From: Azolla caroliniana
Taxonomy: Eukaryota; Plantae; Polypodiophyta
NCBI GenBank assembly: GCA_043228905.1
Contig: JBHGNT010000005.1
Coordinates: 6,820,001-6,884,000 of the forward strand
Direction: 5' to 3'
DNA length: 64,000 nucleotides
The notes beneath the pieces are model-generated. The model saw only the letters and a list, made by a program, of their open reading frames with translations, was not told the origin of the DNA and did not search any database. How positions within the stretch are numbered: position 1 is the first letter of the stretch; each line of letters starts with the position of its first letter. This document shows, piece by piece, positions 63,519 to 64,000 of this stretch. The translations under genes were made by a program, and so were the position numbers.

Positions 63519-64000
63519 ATGCACCCGCAAACGCTGTCGGAAGCCGCCAAGACATGGCTGAAGCAACACGGGCTCGAGGGTTTCCTGATGATGATGGAAG
63601 TACCGCCACACAAAGAAGCCGACAAAGTGATCAAGGAAATCGATACAGAGGTCATAACGGCAGAGGCGATTCGAGCGTTAACAGGCCTTCCGGAGGGAGG
63701 CATACTCACGATCGACAATCCAACCCCGGAGCAACTCATTAGGTATTTTGGTGAGTACTCTCTAGCCAGCAAGGGCTATCGGACACAGGGTGGCGGAGAT
63801 ATGCTGTTCCGCGAAATTGCTTGTGTGCTCCATGAATACGGCCACGTATACCCTAGACCCCCTATCATGCCGCAGAACCGGGCAGGGATGATCATCGCCA
63901 CCTATGAAGGGATCAAGGTGGATTGGCCGGTATTGATCGCAGACGGGTTGTGTGCGGCGATCGAGATCGTTAGAGGCAAAGACGGCAAAGAAGGCCAAGA
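63519..64000 (+). CDS. Extra 3' ORF of the Athila-like element (partial; absent from the ORF track because it has no stop in the window)
   Basis: Open frame MHPQTLSEAAKTWLKQHGLEGFL...ITAEAIRALTGLPEGG...GIKVDWPVLIADGL... to the window end. Confidence 0.75.
   Translation, partial: MHPQTLSEAAKTWLKQHGLEGFLMMMEVPPHKEADKVIKEIDTEVITAEAIRALTGLPEGGILTIDNPTPEQLIRYFGEYSLASKGYRTQGGGDMLFREIACVLHEYGHVYPRPPIMPQNRAGMIIATYEGIKVDWPVLIADGLCAAIEIVRGKDGKEGQ

Larger units (their letters stand above)
56885..64000 (+). mobile_element. Non-chromoviral (Athila-like) Ty3/Gypsy element running off the window
   Basis: LTR TGTTACC...GTTAACA (about 56885-57317); PBS TGGCGACCAC (tRNA-Arg-like) at 57325; single gag-pol frame; extra ORF downstream of pol. 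Confidence 0.93.

Overview
Eukaryotic plant nuclear DNA. The TE families and microsatellite-laden LTRs suggest a fern or other non-seed vascular plant (inference). There is a 100-N scaffold gap at 5266-5365. Two host genes are visible: the last two exons of a PP2C phosphatase (5385-6179, +) and a four-coding-exon gene of about 635 aa whose C-terminus resembles the LIN52 (DREAM/MuvB) family (29903-33969, +). The rest is mostly transposable elements: decayed Copia, L1-type LINE, hAT and possibly CACTA relics, two non-autonomous hAT elements with 8-bp TSDs, and two deep nests. Nest 1 is LINE > Copia > hAT > very young chromovirus (about 35250-49690). Nest 2 is chromovirus LTR > Copia > tRNA-Trp-primed Gypsy > Athila-like Gypsy with an extra 3' ORF (51158-64000). 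The most unusual signals are three. (1) A small element at 14992-16326 with LTR, PBS, integrase and PPT parts, yet ending in inverted TGT...ACA termini flanked by ATAT, with animal-Gypsy/Ginger-like traits. (2) A young chromovirus whose LTR begins with an antisense tRNA-like A/B-box module, appears to self-prime, and carries a -1 frameshift signal. (3) An unusually long LIN52-like protein with an LxCxE motif, whose last exon is bracketed by inverted repeats. All family assignments come from motif recognition by eye; no searches were run.
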